A stretch of DNA of 64,000 bases from Eledone cirrhosa (lineage: Eukaryota), in assembly GCA_964016885.1 (NCBI GenBank), contig OZ024751.1, positions 18,352,001-18,416,000 on the forward strand. Direction: 5' to 3'. The notes below the pieces were generated by a model that saw nothing but the letters and a program-made list of their open reading frames with translations, was not told the origin of the DNA and ran no database searches. This document shows, one piece after another, positions 1 through 14,537 of the stretch (the stretch's first letter is position 1; each line of letters begins with the position of its first letter). Position numbers and translations under genes: made by a program.

Positions 1-17
1 GATGCATGCTTATATAC

Positions 18-95
<78 letters not shown>

Positions 96-131
96 GTGAC
101 TATCAGCGTACATACATCTACGTATTACGTA

Positions 132-199
<68 letters not shown>

Positions 200-1489
200 C
201 TTGTATATGTGTGTTTGTGTACATGCATCTACATATGCATGTATGTATCTGTGTGCTTGTGTACATGCATCTATGTATGTATGTATGTAGGTATGTATGT
301 AAATATGCATGTATGCATGTGTGTATTTTATGTATGTATGTATCTATGTACGTGTGTGCATGTACGTATGTAATATATATGTATCTGTGTATGTATGTAC
401 GTGTGTATGTATGTATTATGTATGTATATGTGTAAGTGTGTATATGTAAGTATGTATTATGTATTATGTATGTATTTGTGTATATGTGTGTGTACGTATG
501 TATGCATGTATGCATGTTTGTGTATGTACGTATGTATGTATTTATATATATATATATATATGTATGCATGCATGTATACATGCTTATGTATCTGTAACTA
601 CGATTAGCGAAAAAAAAAATGTTGCCTGGAGGTAACATGGATGGCAAGTGACTTCCGGTCGATAACGGTAACCTGTCCTGACTGACGCTAGTAACATAGC
701 GTCTCAGGTGACAAACATAACAGACTATGACAGCTATTAACACGCCTTTCAGCATATTTCCACTCTTTTCTGACATTGCAATAATTCACATCTGCTCACA
801 ATGCACTAGCCAACCCGACTCTTGTATGTAATATATGCGTGCCTGCGCATGTGCAGTTATGTATGACTGTATATGCGTAGGATTTATGTGTGTTTTTTAG
901 TGTGTGCTCAGGAATTTGCGCTTCTGTGCATAATATATATATATATATGTATGTATGTGTGCGTGTATCTATATGTGTATGTATTTATGTATATTTGTAT
1001 GTATGTATATACGTACGTATGTGTGAATGTATGCATGCTTGCATATTTGTATATATGTAGAGAGAAAGAAAGAGAATATGTATATAACTAGCAGTTTAGC
1101 CCGGCGTTGCTCGGGTTTGTTCATTTGCTATGAAAAGTTACATAAAGGTAAACGTAGCTTGAAAGCGCATAAGCTTATCAATTAAGTGCATAAAGCAGTT
1201 GAACCGGTTATTAATAGTTACAAACCAATTAGCATTTTGGACATTCAATAGCGAATTTAGTAGACCAAAGTTGCAAGATGGTGGCCATGATGCCACTGGT
1301 GTCAGATCTGTCCGCTATGGGTGACCCTACCAGTTTTCCAGACGGCATAACTCCAACACCTCCAACACCTGCACCAACATCTATAGCACCTCTTTGTAGA
1401 CAATATTGCATGTCATCCCTTGAGGAGTGTAAGCAAAAAGTCCATTCCAGCTCCCTACGCGGCAACAGGCAACATAAAGTGGGCCATGG

Positions 1490-1588
1490 GAGATTAGCCA
1501 GTTTCAGTCTGAATATTCTGGCAATGAGGTCATGTCTGTTCGAATAATTTTGCCCAGGAAAAAGTTCACGGGCTACATTCCGATTCAT
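1490..1588 (-). pseudogene. Helitron Rep/helicase N-terminal fragment
   Basis: ARELFPGQNYSNRHDLIARIFRLKL resembles the L.PGQ....RPDL.ARVF..K motif of Helitron RepHel proteins. Confidence 0.75.
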
Positions 1589-1683
1589 ATGTCTAGAGCA
1601 TTAATCTGTTATATGAAGTGTTATTTTGCGGGTTGTTATTTGCAATAAGCCGATTGAAAATGTCCCAGATAAGCCGTATGCCA

Positions 1684-1996
1684 ATACGGAACGCTCCGCT
1701 GTAGTGTTGTCATATAGTGAGTGAAGAGCGACAGAGACAGTAAAGCAGTTAAATTATAGAGAGGGGGAATATACGGAACGCTCCATTTGATCATATACGT
1801 TGTTTCTCTCTCTGCAGTGTTGTCATATAGGGAGTGAAGAGCAACAGAGAGAGTAAAGCAGTTAAATTATAGAGAGGGGGAATATACGGAACGCTCCATT
1901 TGATCATATACATTGTTTCTCTCTCTGCGGTGTTGTCATATAGGGAGTGAAGAGCGACGGAGAGACTAAAGCAGTTAAATTATAGAGAGGGGGAAT
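1684..1996. repeat. Helitron-internal tandem repeat (~115 bp, ~3 copies)
   Basis: ATACGGAACGCTCC...GTGTTGTCATATAGGGAGTGAAGAGC...AGCAGTTAAATTATAGAGAGGGGGAAT repeated. Confidence 0.85.
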
Positions 1997-3001
1997 GATC
2001 ATGATCGATTTTTGCCCTTATTGTTGATTGATTTGAAATTTTTTTGCTACATGACCTTCTCCCGACCAAAAGAAATAATTGTCCCGACTTTGAATAGAAT
2101 CCCGTGAAAAAAGTTTTCTCAATTGTTTTGTCTCATATTGAGAAAAACAAAGAAAGAAAATTACAAAAAGGACAACAATAAAATATAATGTCTTTGTTGA
2201 GAATCATGTAAATAAATGCTTAAGCGTCGTTATTGTTACGTTTGTTGTTTTATAAATTCATCTGTTGCTTTTGAATATTTGTTATTTGATGTAAAATGTA
2301 AGTGTGTAAAATGTAACGTTGAGAGAGCAGTATGTATTTAGTGTTATCGGCTTTTTAAATTTTGATATTTGATGTATGAGTGTCGTTATGACAGTTTGTT
2401 GCTTCGGTTTCAAAGTTTGTGTCACGTTCCTTCAAAAGAAGTTTTGTCGTTGTTCTAAACTGTAAAGGGTAGTAGACGGAGGCAGTAACCTTTTAAAGAG
2501 AGTTGCAGAGGAGATTGAGGGGGGGGGGGGGGTAGAGAGAATGATGAACCTTTTAAAGAGAGTTGCAGAGGAGATTGAGAGTGGAGTAGAGGAAAAGATG
2601 AACCTTTTAAAGAGAGTTGCAACATGTATGTAGTTTCATATATTTTGATGGTAGTAGTGAGAGGAATGAAGCGTGTAAGAGAGAGGGTTACAGCATGTAT
2701 TTAGTTTTATCGATTTTTTTTCATAGAAGCAGGACATTTTTGACAAAAATAACTACGCTTTGACCTGCCCTGGTAAATTTGGAGCACATTGGAAAAGAAT
2801 ACAACAAAATCGGTAGAGAAATGTGGAAATGCATAAAAATCATACACACACACAGACAGACATCTACCGTTTTATATATATATAGATTATTCATACATAC
2901 ATTATCCATATAAATAAATACGCATACGTATATGCGTGCATGAACACACATACATACAGAAATCGATGCTACCGTGGCTGATATATGTTTGTATATATAC
3001 G

Positions 3002-3044
<43 letters not shown>

Positions 3045-3444
3045 GTATATATATATCGCTGCGTATGTTAAACAATGCATATTTTTACTGTTCATCTTAT
3101 AGAACTTTTTACAGAGCACCCGTTCACTTTCTTAACCTTACAAGCCTAACATTCGTAAGTATCACCTCGTTATTTAATACTATAAACCTATACACCAATA
3201 GTTATCAATACAACTTTAATTTCCTCATCTCAATATAGAAAGAACGTCAAGTTTTGAATGAGTTGTCCCTAAATACTCTGTGATTCTGAAAGAGGTGTTT
3301 AGATTTCTTCCTATACAGTTAACTACTGTGACTGTGTGAGAATATATTTTGTCATAAACCACTACGCCAGATATAGGGTTGTAGGTGGTGCAGTCATTTA
3401 TAGAAATGCTCCACTAATATATGTTATGATGATATATCTACGTA

Positions 3445-3619
3445 CGAGGTTCGGCTGAGAAGTTCATAGGCTGCCAATGAAAGATTGACGCTAGAGTTGT
3501 GAAATCATGCATGCATTAATTTCAACTCTTCTTATTAATAACTGCATTGTTTCTTTCCGGAGTTTCGTCATTCTATGAGAGTATGTTTGTCAGCTTATCA
3601 ACCTTTCTGTCGAACCTCG
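3445..3619. mobile_element. Mariner-type MITE
   Basis: TA|CGAGGTTCGGCTGAGAAG...CTTTCTGTCGAACCTCG|TA. Related copy at 21436-21625. Confidence 0.75.
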
Positions 3620-3840
3620 TATGTACTCAATAACAGGAGTGCTCTCTATGTTTATCCTAGGGCAGACACGTCTGTGGGTGGTTTACTGTGTTATTTTAGC
3701 TGCATCTTTGTACCGGAAACTAGTACTACCTTGATTTCGGAGCAGCTGTTGATCCCGTGTGCACTATTTTGCAGTGAATTGTGACATAATCGACATTTTC
3801 ATTTACATAATCGACATTTTCTATATTAAATATGAATATT

Positions 3841-3961
3841 TAATATAGAAAAGGCTTCTACAGGACTAGAACTGTTTCATTCGGGAGAAACCATCTGGGG
3901 CTTCCTGATGATTTCTCCCGAATGAAACAGTACTAGTCCTGTAGAAGCCATTTCTATATTA
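3841..3961. mobile_element. Family A palindromic HHR element (PLE pLTR-like)
   Basis: ~55 bp inverted arms around a short loop, right end runs into (TA)n. Confidence 0.8.
3899..3949 (+). ncRNA. Type I hammerhead ribozyme motif (family A)
   Basis: GGCTTC-CTGATGA-T.TTC(TCCC)GAA.T-GAA-ACAG(TACTAGTC)CTGT-A^GAAGCC: stems I, II and III all pair, GUA cleavage triplet. Confidence 0.8.
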
Positions 3962-4142
3962 TATATATATATATACGGGATAACAGATTATTGTTATAGG
4001 TAGTCCACTTAGGTGTAGTCCAGTTAGGGTACTCCGAGTAGTGGATGGTATCAACGCTTGGATAAGTTTGACTCAACCTTTTTTGTATAGCAAACCGTGT
4101 CCCTCTTCTTTCTTGATATATATATATATATATATATGTATA

Positions 4143-4310
4143 TAGGAAAATGTTTAACCCCGACGGCAGAGCTCAAGCCGTTTGGACGACTATATCCAGA
4201 GCTCTGCTGTCGGGGTTAAACATTTTCCTATTACCCACTCTACTACCCTAAGTATTGAGTACTCTGGTGCGTTATGGTCTATCTGGTTCCATACCATTAT
4301 TCCTTCGTTA
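4143..4310. mobile_element. Family J palindromic element (3' half-HHR)
   Basis: Inverted CCCCGACGGCAGAGCTC arms plus the shared tail CCCACTCTACTACCCTAAGTATTGAGTACTCTGGTGCGTTATGGTC, between (TA)n tracts. Confidence 0.75.
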
Positions 4311-4326
4311 CGTATATATATATAAA

Positions 4327-4542
4327 TTTTGAGTATATGTTGGTTGTTTACCAACACCTCAGTATGTAGATTGGAGCACTCGACTAAGTACGCAGGTTGG
4401 TTGGTACGCAGGTTGGTTGGTTTACTCCAAGAAATAACAACACAACCAGGAGCTGGGCATATCGATGTATTGACGGAGTAAAACACACTTCAACAACATG
4501 TGTACCTGTCTTTCCCACACCAATTCCGACTGCCTGAAGAGG
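4327..4542 (+). mobile_element. Family K element, ends within the HHR core
   Basis: Homologous to 35449-35748. Ends ACTGC-CTGAAGA-GG (4529-4542). Confidence 0.65.
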
Positions 4543-4673
4543 TTTAATTATTTTATATATATATATGTGTGTGTGTGTGTGTATATGTATACATATATGT
4601 GTGTGTAAATATATTTATATATAAATATACATATATATGTGTATATATATGTATACATATATGTGTGTGTGTA

Positions 4674-4704
<31 letters not shown>

Positions 4705-4814
4705 GTGTATATAAATGCACATATATGTATATATATGTATATATATGTCTGTGTATACATTGTGTGTATATATAATGTATACACACACATGTTATATATA
4801 TATATCATTTGGTC

Positions 4815-4970
4815 GGTGCTTATCACGGTTTCATGGCGTGAAGCAACTGAGAGTACAAGACTCCCCCTTGGACAGGACGCCAGTCAATCGCAGGGTTAAA
4901 CCTCCAGCTATTGTTGGTACTTATTTTCAGCTGAGTATACTGGAGCAACGTGAAATGAAGTGTTTGCACA
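4815..4970 (-). mobile_element. tRNA-SINE fragment (3' part)
   Basis: Reverse complement matches the body of the SINE at 55238-55500. Confidence 0.65.
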
Positions 4971-4990
4971 ACACTCGTACCACGTGCCTC

Positions 4991-5079
<89 letters not shown>

Positions 5080-5511
5080 CTTCCCACCCACCAAACGAAA
5101 ATTGTTTATCAGTGCGTACAATAAGGAACATGTATGTTTGTGTAAGGATTATGGAACATTGAAGATATAAAACAAGGGTGGCTGAGTATATTGTTGTGAA
5201 GATGGCGGGTGGGAGTGGTGACGATGGGGTGGTGGGAAGAGTGGGAGTTGGGACGAAGGGGTGGTTGGATGGGTGGGAGTTGGAACGATGGGGTTGTTTG
5301 GATGGGTGGGAGTTGGGACGAGGGGGTGGTTTGACGGATGGCTGTGATTTGAGTATGACAAAAATGATGTGGGAACAGTAAGAGTAGCTGTAAGAGGATG
5401 TGTTATTGGTGAAATATGAAGAGGCAGCGATGGGTAGTAGGTAAGGGTGTCTAGTTGTGGCCTGAGGTCTGTGATAACATAGGTATCTATATGTGAGTGA
5501 GTTTGTGGGCG

Positions 5512-7841
5512 GGTAGGTGTGTAGATGTGTCTAGGAGTGTAGATGTGTGTAGGTGTGTAGATGTGTGTAGGTGTGTAGATGTGTCTAGGAGTGTAGATGT
5601 GTGTAGGTGTGTAGATGTGTCTAGGAGTGTAGATGTGTGTAGGTGTGTAGATGTGTCTAGGAGTGTAGATGTGTCTAGGAGTGTAGATGTGTGTAGGTGT
5701 GTAGATGTGTGTAGGTGTGTAGATGTGTCTAGGAGTGTAGATGTGTGTAGGTGTGTAGATGTGTCTAGGAGTGTAGATGTGTGTAGGTGTGTAGATGTGT
5801 GTAGGTATGTAGATGTGTGTAGGTGTGTAGATGTGTGTAGGTGTGTAGATGTGTGTAGGTCTGTAGATGTGTGTAGGTGTGTAGATGTGTGTAGGTGTGT
5901 AGATGTGTCTAGGAGTGTAGATGTGTGTAGGTGTGTAGATGTGTGTAGGTGTGTAGATGTGTCTAGGAGTGTAGATGTGTGTAGGTGTGTAGATGTGTCT
6001 AGGAGTGTAGATGTGTGTAGGTGTGTAGATGTGTCTAGGAGTGTAGATGTGTGTAGGTGTGTAGATGTGTCTAGGAGTGTAGATGTGTCTAGGAGTGTAG
6101 ATGTGTGTAGGTGTGTAGATGTGTGTAGGTGTGTAGATGTGTGTAGGTGTGTAGATGTGTGTAGGTGTGTAGATGTGTCTAGGAGTGTAGATGTGTGTAG
6201 GTGTGTAGATGTGTGTAGGTCTGTAGATGTGTGTAGGTGTGTAGATGTGTGTAGGTGCGTAGATGTGTCTAGGAGTGTAGATGTGTGTAGGTGTGTAGAT
6301 GTGTGTAGGTGTGTAGATGTGTGTAGGTGTGTAGATGTGTGTAGGTGTGTAGATGTGTCTAGGAGTGTAGATGTGTGTAGGTGTGTAGATGTGTGTAGGT
6401 GTGTAGATGTGTCTAGGAGTGTAGATGTGTGTAGGTGCGTAGATGTGTCTAGGAGTGTAGATGTGTGTAGGTGTGTAGGTGTGTGTAGGTGCGTAGATGT
6501 GTGTAGGTGTGTGTAGGTGCGTAGATGTGTGTAGGTGTGTAGATGTGTGTAGGTGCGTAGATGTGTGTAGGTCTGTAGATGTGTGTAGGTCTGTAGATGT
6601 GTGTAGGTGTGTAGATGTGTCTAGGAGTGTAGATGTGTGTAGGTGTGTAGATGTGTGTAGGTGTGTAGGTGTGTAGATGTGTGTAGGTGTGTAGATGTGT
6701 GTAGGTGTGTAGATGTGTGTAGGTCTGTAGATGTGTGTAGGTCTGTAGATGTGTGTAGGTGTGTAGATGTGTGTAGGTGTGTAGATGTGTGTAGGTGTGT
6801 AGATGTGTGTAGGTGTGTAGATGTGTGTAGGTGCGTAGATGTGTGTAGGTCTGTAGATGTGTGTAGGTCTGTAGATGTGTGTAGGTGTGTAGATGTGTCT
6901 AGGAGTGTAGGTGTGTAGATGTGTGTAGGTGTGTAGATGTGTGTAGGTGTGTAGATGTGTGTAGGTGTGTAGATGTGTGTAGGTGTGTAGATGTGTGTAG
7001 GTGTGTAGATGTGTGTAGGTGCGTAGATGTGTGTAGGTGTGTAGATGTGTGTAGGTGCGTAGATGTGTGTAGGTGTGTAGATGTGTGTAGGTGCGTAGAT
7101 GTGTGTAGGTGCGTAGATGTGTGTAGATGTGTGTAGGTGTGTAGATGTGTGTAGGTGTGTAGATGTGTGTAGGTGTGTCGATGTGTGTAGGTGTGTAGGT
7201 GTGTAGATGTGTGTAGATGTGTCTAGGAGTGTAGATGTGTGTAGGTGTGTAGATGTGTGTAGGTGTTTAGATGTGTGTAGGTGTGTAGATGTGTGTAGGT
7301 GTGTAGATGTGTGTAGGTGTGTAGATGTGTGTAGGTGCGTAGATGTGTGTAGGTGTGTAGATGTGTGTAGGTGTGTAGATGTGTGTAGGTGTGTAGATGT
7401 GTGTAGGTGCGTAGATGTGTGTAGGTGTGTAGATGTGTGTAGGTGCTTAGATGTGTGTAGGTGTGTAGATATGTGTAGGTGCGTAGATGTGTGTAGGTGT
7501 GTAGATGTGTGTAGGTGTGTAGATGTGTGTAGGTGTGTAGATGTGTGTAGGTGTGTAGGTGTGTAGATGTGTGTAGATGTGTGTAGATGTGTGTAGGTGT
7601 GTAGATGTGTGTAGGTGTGTAGATGTGTCTAGGAGTATAGATGTGTGTCGGTGTGTAGATGTGTAGATGTGTGTAGGTGCTTAGATGTGTGTAGGTGTGT
7701 AGATATGTGTAGGTGTGTAGATGTGTGTAGGTGTGTAGATGTGTCTAGGAGTGTAGATGTGTGTAGGTGGGTAGATGTGTCTAGGTGTGTAGATGTGTGT
7801 AGGTGTGTAGATGTGTGTAGGTGTGTAGATGTGTGTAGGTG
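5512..7841. repeat. 18-bp minisatellite array, ~2.3 kb
   Basis: Unit GTAGATGTGTGTAGGTGT with variant GTAGATGTGTCTAGGAGT. Explains the VDVCRC ORFs. Confidence 0.95.
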
Positions 7842-8000
7842 TCAGTATGTGACGTGGAAACGAAGGAAGAAACACATAGGAATAATAAATTCTACGAATA
7901 TGACCTCCAATAAAACAATAACGACGTGTGTTCGCCTCCAGCATTGACCTGCCGCCTGCCCCGGGTTACTTTTGTTACATCGTAGCCAGTTATCATCATG

Positions 8001-8069
8001 ATAGTAGTAGTTGTAGTAGTAGTAGTAGTAGTAGTGGTAGTAGTGGTAGTAGCATTAGTAGTAATTGTG

Positions 8070-8108
<39 letters not shown>

Positions 8109-8249
8109 ATTGTCGTAGTAATAGAAGTAGTAGTAGTAATTGTGGTAGTAGTAGTAGTAGTAGTAATTGTCGTAGAAGTAGTAGTAGTAATTGTGGTAGT
8201 AGTATTAGTAATTGTAGTAGTAGTAGTAGTGGTAGTGGTAGTAGTAGTG

Positions 8250-8292
<43 letters not shown>

Positions 8293-8337
8293 TAGTGGTA
8301 GTAGTAGTAGTAGTAGTGGTAGTGGTAGTAGTAGTAA

Positions 8338-8370
<33 letters not shown>

Positions 8371-8385
8371 TAGTAGCAGTAGTAG
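8001..8385. repeat. (TAG)n microsatellite
   Basis: Directly visible. Confidence 0.95.
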
Positions 8386-8486
8386 AACTATTTGAGTAGT
8401 CGATTTTTGGTTATTTACTAATGTAGTTTCAAATGGTCCTTTGGACAAATATACTTTTCAAACATTCTGGTGTGAATAAAATAACA

Positions 8487-8573
<87 letters not shown>

Positions 8574-8653
8574 GTGGGGCGTGTGTCTGTGTGTGTGTTT
8601 GTAAGTTTAGAATTGCCGTTCGCAAGAATGATTACAATATACCAAATATATAT

Positions 8654-8690
<37 letters not shown>

Positions 8691-8691
<1 letters not shown>

Positions 8692-9018
8692 ATATAAGAT
8701 CAAAAGATGGTTAAAAGAGCTCCAAGTATTTTATTATGCGCATTTCAAAAACAAATATCATCATGAGATGATACCTGCGTTTTCATCAAATAAAATAGGG
8801 ATACATGATATGAAGGTTAAAAAACACTTGCGAACAGTGAAGTTTTAAATCAACATATCATGATGATATTTGTTTTTGAGATGCGCATAAGAAAATACTT
8901 GGATCTCTTTTAACCATATTTTGATAATATATTATTTATACCCCAGTCCTACAAACTGTAGAGTGCTACTTATCCGATATTTGCATTGCTTTATTTTGCT
9001 ACAATAAAACTCACCTCC

Positions 9019-9021
<3 letters not shown>
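8691..9021. mobile_element. Family D inverted pair (degenerate HHR)
   Basis: Left arm minus, right arm plus. Homologous to 59708-59923 and 60906-61136. Core here reads TTGATGA. Confidence 0.75.
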
Positions 9022-9085
<64 letters not shown>

Positions 9086-9262
9086 GTATAGGTGTATATC
9101 TATATATATGTGTAACCATATGTATATAATTATATATGTACACATATATATAGTAATATATATGTATATGTAAATGTATATATGTATATATATATATGTA
9201 TTTATATATATGTGTGTGTTTGTGTGTGTATGTGTGTGTGTACGTATGTATGTATCAATATA

Positions 9263-9299
<37 letters not shown>

Positions 9300-10439
9300 G
9301 TGTGTGTACATATATATTTATAAAAAGAGAGGCAGAGAGTCCGAGAGGGAGACATATGGGAGAAAATAGAGAACTATTAGAGAGAAGCAGAGGTGAGAGG
9401 TTAGGTGGAGAGAGAAACAGACTGACATACAGTCAGATAAACATAAAGATTATACTATAGAAATTGAGTGAGGGAGAATTGAGAGACAGTGTTCTTAAGA
9501 TATTTCCATTAGTCTTATAGTAATTGCATTGCATTCAATTATTGCTGAACATCTTTGGTCTTTGGAGTATAAAGAATATCACAGAATTACTCAACTGCAA
9601 ATGTCTGCATGTAACAACTTTTGGAAATTTTGGACATCGCTTCTCGCTTTGCGTAACGATTATAATTCTTCAAAGAATACATTCTGGAATTTGGTTTTCA
9701 AAGTATGATTAATGTTTTAAAACTTTATTTTATTCAGACTCAGGAATAACTCTACAACTAATGAGTTCGCGACGCAACCACATAGTTTTTTTTTAATTCA
9801 GTCAAAGTGCTAGTCTACTTAACTTAAGATTTTATAAATATAAATACACGCTTAGAATCAATAATATTTCACACACACTGTAAATTCGGGATAAAGTTGG
9901 TGATGATTCAGAAGAAAAAAATGTATTGTTCTATAAGATTTTGTATCCACCCGTTCAAATCTATTGAAATTTATGTTTAAATATCTCAAAATATCAATCA
10001 CTGGGGAGACATATAACAAGCTGTTTTACGCTCTCCGAAATATTACCTATTATCCTGAAAATCACATTTATAATGCGTGAAATTTCAGCATAAAATAATG
10101 ATGTATACATGTATGTAATGTATGCATGTATGCATGTATGTAAATTTCTCTCTCTCCTTTCTGCCTCTCTTTCTTTATCTCACTCTCTCTCTCTCTCTCT
10201 TTCTCTCTCTTCCTCTCTCTACCTATATATATAAGGTTGAGTAAAACTTTAGGCAGTATTCGGTTGCGCTTTCTAGCAACCAGCCTACTCGCCGCAAGGC
10301 AACAATCACAAGCTTTCTGACTTGACCAGTGGCAATGGGCAATGTGAGAGTTCTTAGCCATTTTGAATTCGTTTTGGGCGGGGATCATTTAAGAAAAATC
10401 TTTGTCCGATTGCGTTTGTTTCATTATGATTCCGAAACT

Positions 10440-10790
10440 CGCTGATTTATCCATGATCGGATATTTCTAAAAAGCGAATGAAATCTCCGGGGGTAGAAAC
10501 ATAATTTTGGTATGTTTCTGTACATTTTTTCTTCTAACTTAGAATTTCTACCTAATTGTGTATGGTTAGCTATATATCTAGTCAATTTCTACGGACTATT
10601 AGAAATACTAGGTAAATATTCTGTGGCTGTGGATCGTGGATAAAATAGGTATCATTTATTTATCTATAATTCTTCATAGGTACATTTTAAACTTATAACC
10701 TCGTTTAATTGATTTTTTTATGTGGTTGATTATGGTGATTCGGAGGAGAAATAGTGTATATATTTTATCGAATGATTCTATGGACTTACT
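10440..10790. repeat. Unclassified dispersed repeat (family M)
   Basis: Collinear similarity to 27457-27785 (e.g. CCTAATTGTGTATGGTT, TAATTGATTTTTTAT). Confidence 0.6.
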
Positions 10791-10792
10791 TT

Positions 10793-11780
<988 letters not shown>

Positions 11781-11929
11781 TAACTTATGTTCGTGTAAGG
11801 ATTACCGAAGTCTTCCATAGATTTCAATATAGTGTATTGAATTACATAAAATATAGAGCTATAATGTAAACGAAGTGACACATGAAAACAAATCGAGGGA
11901 CATATGTTAAAACAAATATATATATATAT

Positions 11930-12500
11930 ATAAAATATTAAACAAATAATGAACAAACAATTCCTTATATTAAACAAAAAAAGTTCACTATTTAACGATC
12001 GTTTCTAGGGTATATATGTGTTATAATTGGTATGCATATTCAACAGATCTATGTACAAAATTATACAAAATTATACAAATTATCAAGATTAAATATACAT
12101 ACCTAACACATATATACGCCGTCTTCAGAAATAACGAAGTATATAAGAGATATATACTTCGTTATTTCTGAAGACGGCGTATATATGTGTTAGGTATGTA
12201 TATTTAATCTTGATAATTTGTATAATTTTGTATAATTTTGTACATAGATCTGTTGAATATGCATACCAATTATAACACATATATACCCTAGAAACGATCG
12301 TTAAATAGTGAACTTTTTTTGTTTAATATAAGGAATTGTTTGTTCATTATTTGTTTAATATTTTATCTTGACTCTGTATACCGTTTATCTTTCACCGAAA
12401 GTGGATTTTCATTACATCTCTTCTTTCCATGATATCCGGAATACATTGAGTTCTTCATACGGATTGGACACTACCGTAAACTCTTGGTAGATTTATCTAC
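11930..12500. mobile_element. Family F palindromic HHR element
   Basis: ~216 bp apparently identical inverted arms (11930-12366) around the 5-nt loop AGAGA. Right arm continues to 12500 and then (TA)n. Second copy at 61352-61697. Confidence 0.85.
12163..12307 (+). ncRNA. Type I hammerhead with very long stem II (family F)
   Basis: TATTT-CTGAAGA-[~116 nt; GTATATATGTGTTA/TAACACATATATAC and GGTATGTATATTTAA/TTGAATATGCATACC pair]-GAA-AC(GATC)GT-T^AAATA. Mirror copy at 11989-12133 minus. Confidence 0.75.
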
Positions 12501-12586
12501 ATATATATATATATATATATATACACATACATCCATACACGTGTATACCTGTGAGAGTGTCACTATATATATATATATATATATAC

Positions 12587-12808
<222 letters not shown>

Positions 12809-12846
12809 GTTTATGTTGTTATTTCTGTTTATCTTTTACACACACA

Positions 12847-12894
<48 letters not shown>

Positions 12895-12950
12895 TGTGTG
12901 TGTGTGATTGTGTTTGTACAAATAGATTGATAAACAGAGAGGCAGATATG

Positions 12951-13057
<107 letters not shown>

Positions 13058-13345
13058 TCAGTCAGATAGATGAATAGAAATATAGATACTTAAATAGACT
13101 GGCAGATTGATAGATAGATAGATAGATAAGTATACTGATTGATTGATAGATAGATATGTATATATCAATAGATATATAGATAGATAAATAGAGTGACAGA
13201 TAGATAGATTGTAAAAGAGACAAAACAAAAAAGCCAACAGTTTATACGTGCAGCAGAGAAATTTAACATGAAACTTGTCAACATAAAATATAGACAGATC
13301 TCTAAACAAACATGGCCGTTAGAAAAGTTGCCGCCCAAATATTTA

Positions 13346-13381
<36 letters not shown>

Positions 13382-13536
13382 ACGCATACACACGTATGCA
13401 CTGGCATGGTATATCAACACACTCGCACTGCATTTGAATGTATAAATGTCATTGCATACATATACCTACATTGAGGTCTTTAAATATCTATATTATGTCT
13501 TTGTTTCGTGAATTTACTTAGCTATATATGTATATA

Positions 13537-13575
<39 letters not shown>

Positions 13576-13579
<4 letters not shown>

Positions 13580-13733
13580 AAGTATGACCCCGACGGCAGA
13601 GCTCAAGCCGTTTCGACGAAACGGCTTCAGCTCTGCCGTCGGGGTCATACTTTTCCTATTTCCCACTCTACTACCCTAAGTATTGAGGACTCTGGTGCGT
13701 TATGGTCCACCTGATCCCTTACCATAATTCCTT

Positions 13734-13738
<5 letters not shown>
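13576..13738. mobile_element. Family J palindromic element
   Basis: GACCCCGACGGCAGAGCTCAAGCCGTTTCG-A-CGAAACGGCTTCAGCTCTGCCGTCGGGGTC plus family tail. Confidence 0.8.
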
Positions 13739-13770
<32 letters not shown>

Positions 13771-13927
13771 ACTTTATATATATATATATTTATATATATA
13801 TATACATATATACATATATGTATATTTTTATATATATATATATATATATATGGATATATATATATAAATATATGGACATATATATATATATAATATATAT
13901 ATATATATAGATATATATTTATGTACT

Positions 13928-13963
<36 letters not shown>

Positions 13964-13981
13964 CACACACACATATATATA

Positions 13982-14021
<40 letters not shown>

Positions 14022-14347
14022 CACACACACAAGCATATATACATACATATGTCTGTGTGTATACATGTATATATATATATAGACATTTATATGCAATATC
14101 ACATGGATACACATGCATCCACTTACACCGAAACATACACATATACATATGCATATAATAGGACCGACACACACTCTTTCAGCTGTGCTCATAGGTTTTC
14201 AACTGAAAGACGAAACCTTGTTTAGTTTATCATATTTACTTAACTATGGGAATTCCATAATACACTAAAAAAGTTATATATATTTTTTGTATACGCACAC
14301 ACACATACATACACGCGAACTCAAAGACACACACACATATATTTACG

Positions 14348-14407
<60 letters not shown>

Positions 14408-14453
14408 TACATATATACATATAGAGAAAGATATATGAGTACGTATATACGTA

Positions 14454-14537
<84 letters not shown>

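Larger units (their letters stand above)
1088..2886 (-). mobile_element. Non-autonomous Helitron, both termini present
   Basis: Minus strand begins A|TCTATATATATAAAACGG (2886) and ends with GC hairpin CCCGAGCAACGCCGGG (1100-1115) then CTAG|T (1088). Inserted between A and T. Carries a Rep-like fragment and internal minisatellites. Confidence 0.85.

Noticed and set aside
607-830. Possible promoter (ACTTCCGG ETS-like site)
   Set aside because: A single short motif with no linked gene or other support.
5512-7841. CRISPR or telomeric array
   Set aside because: No unique spacers and no TTAGGG or TTAGG units, in a eukaryotic repeat context.
5497-7947. Cys-rich VDVCRC repeat protein
   Set aside because: It is the translation of an 18-bp minisatellite, and the frame is broken by 10-bp slips.
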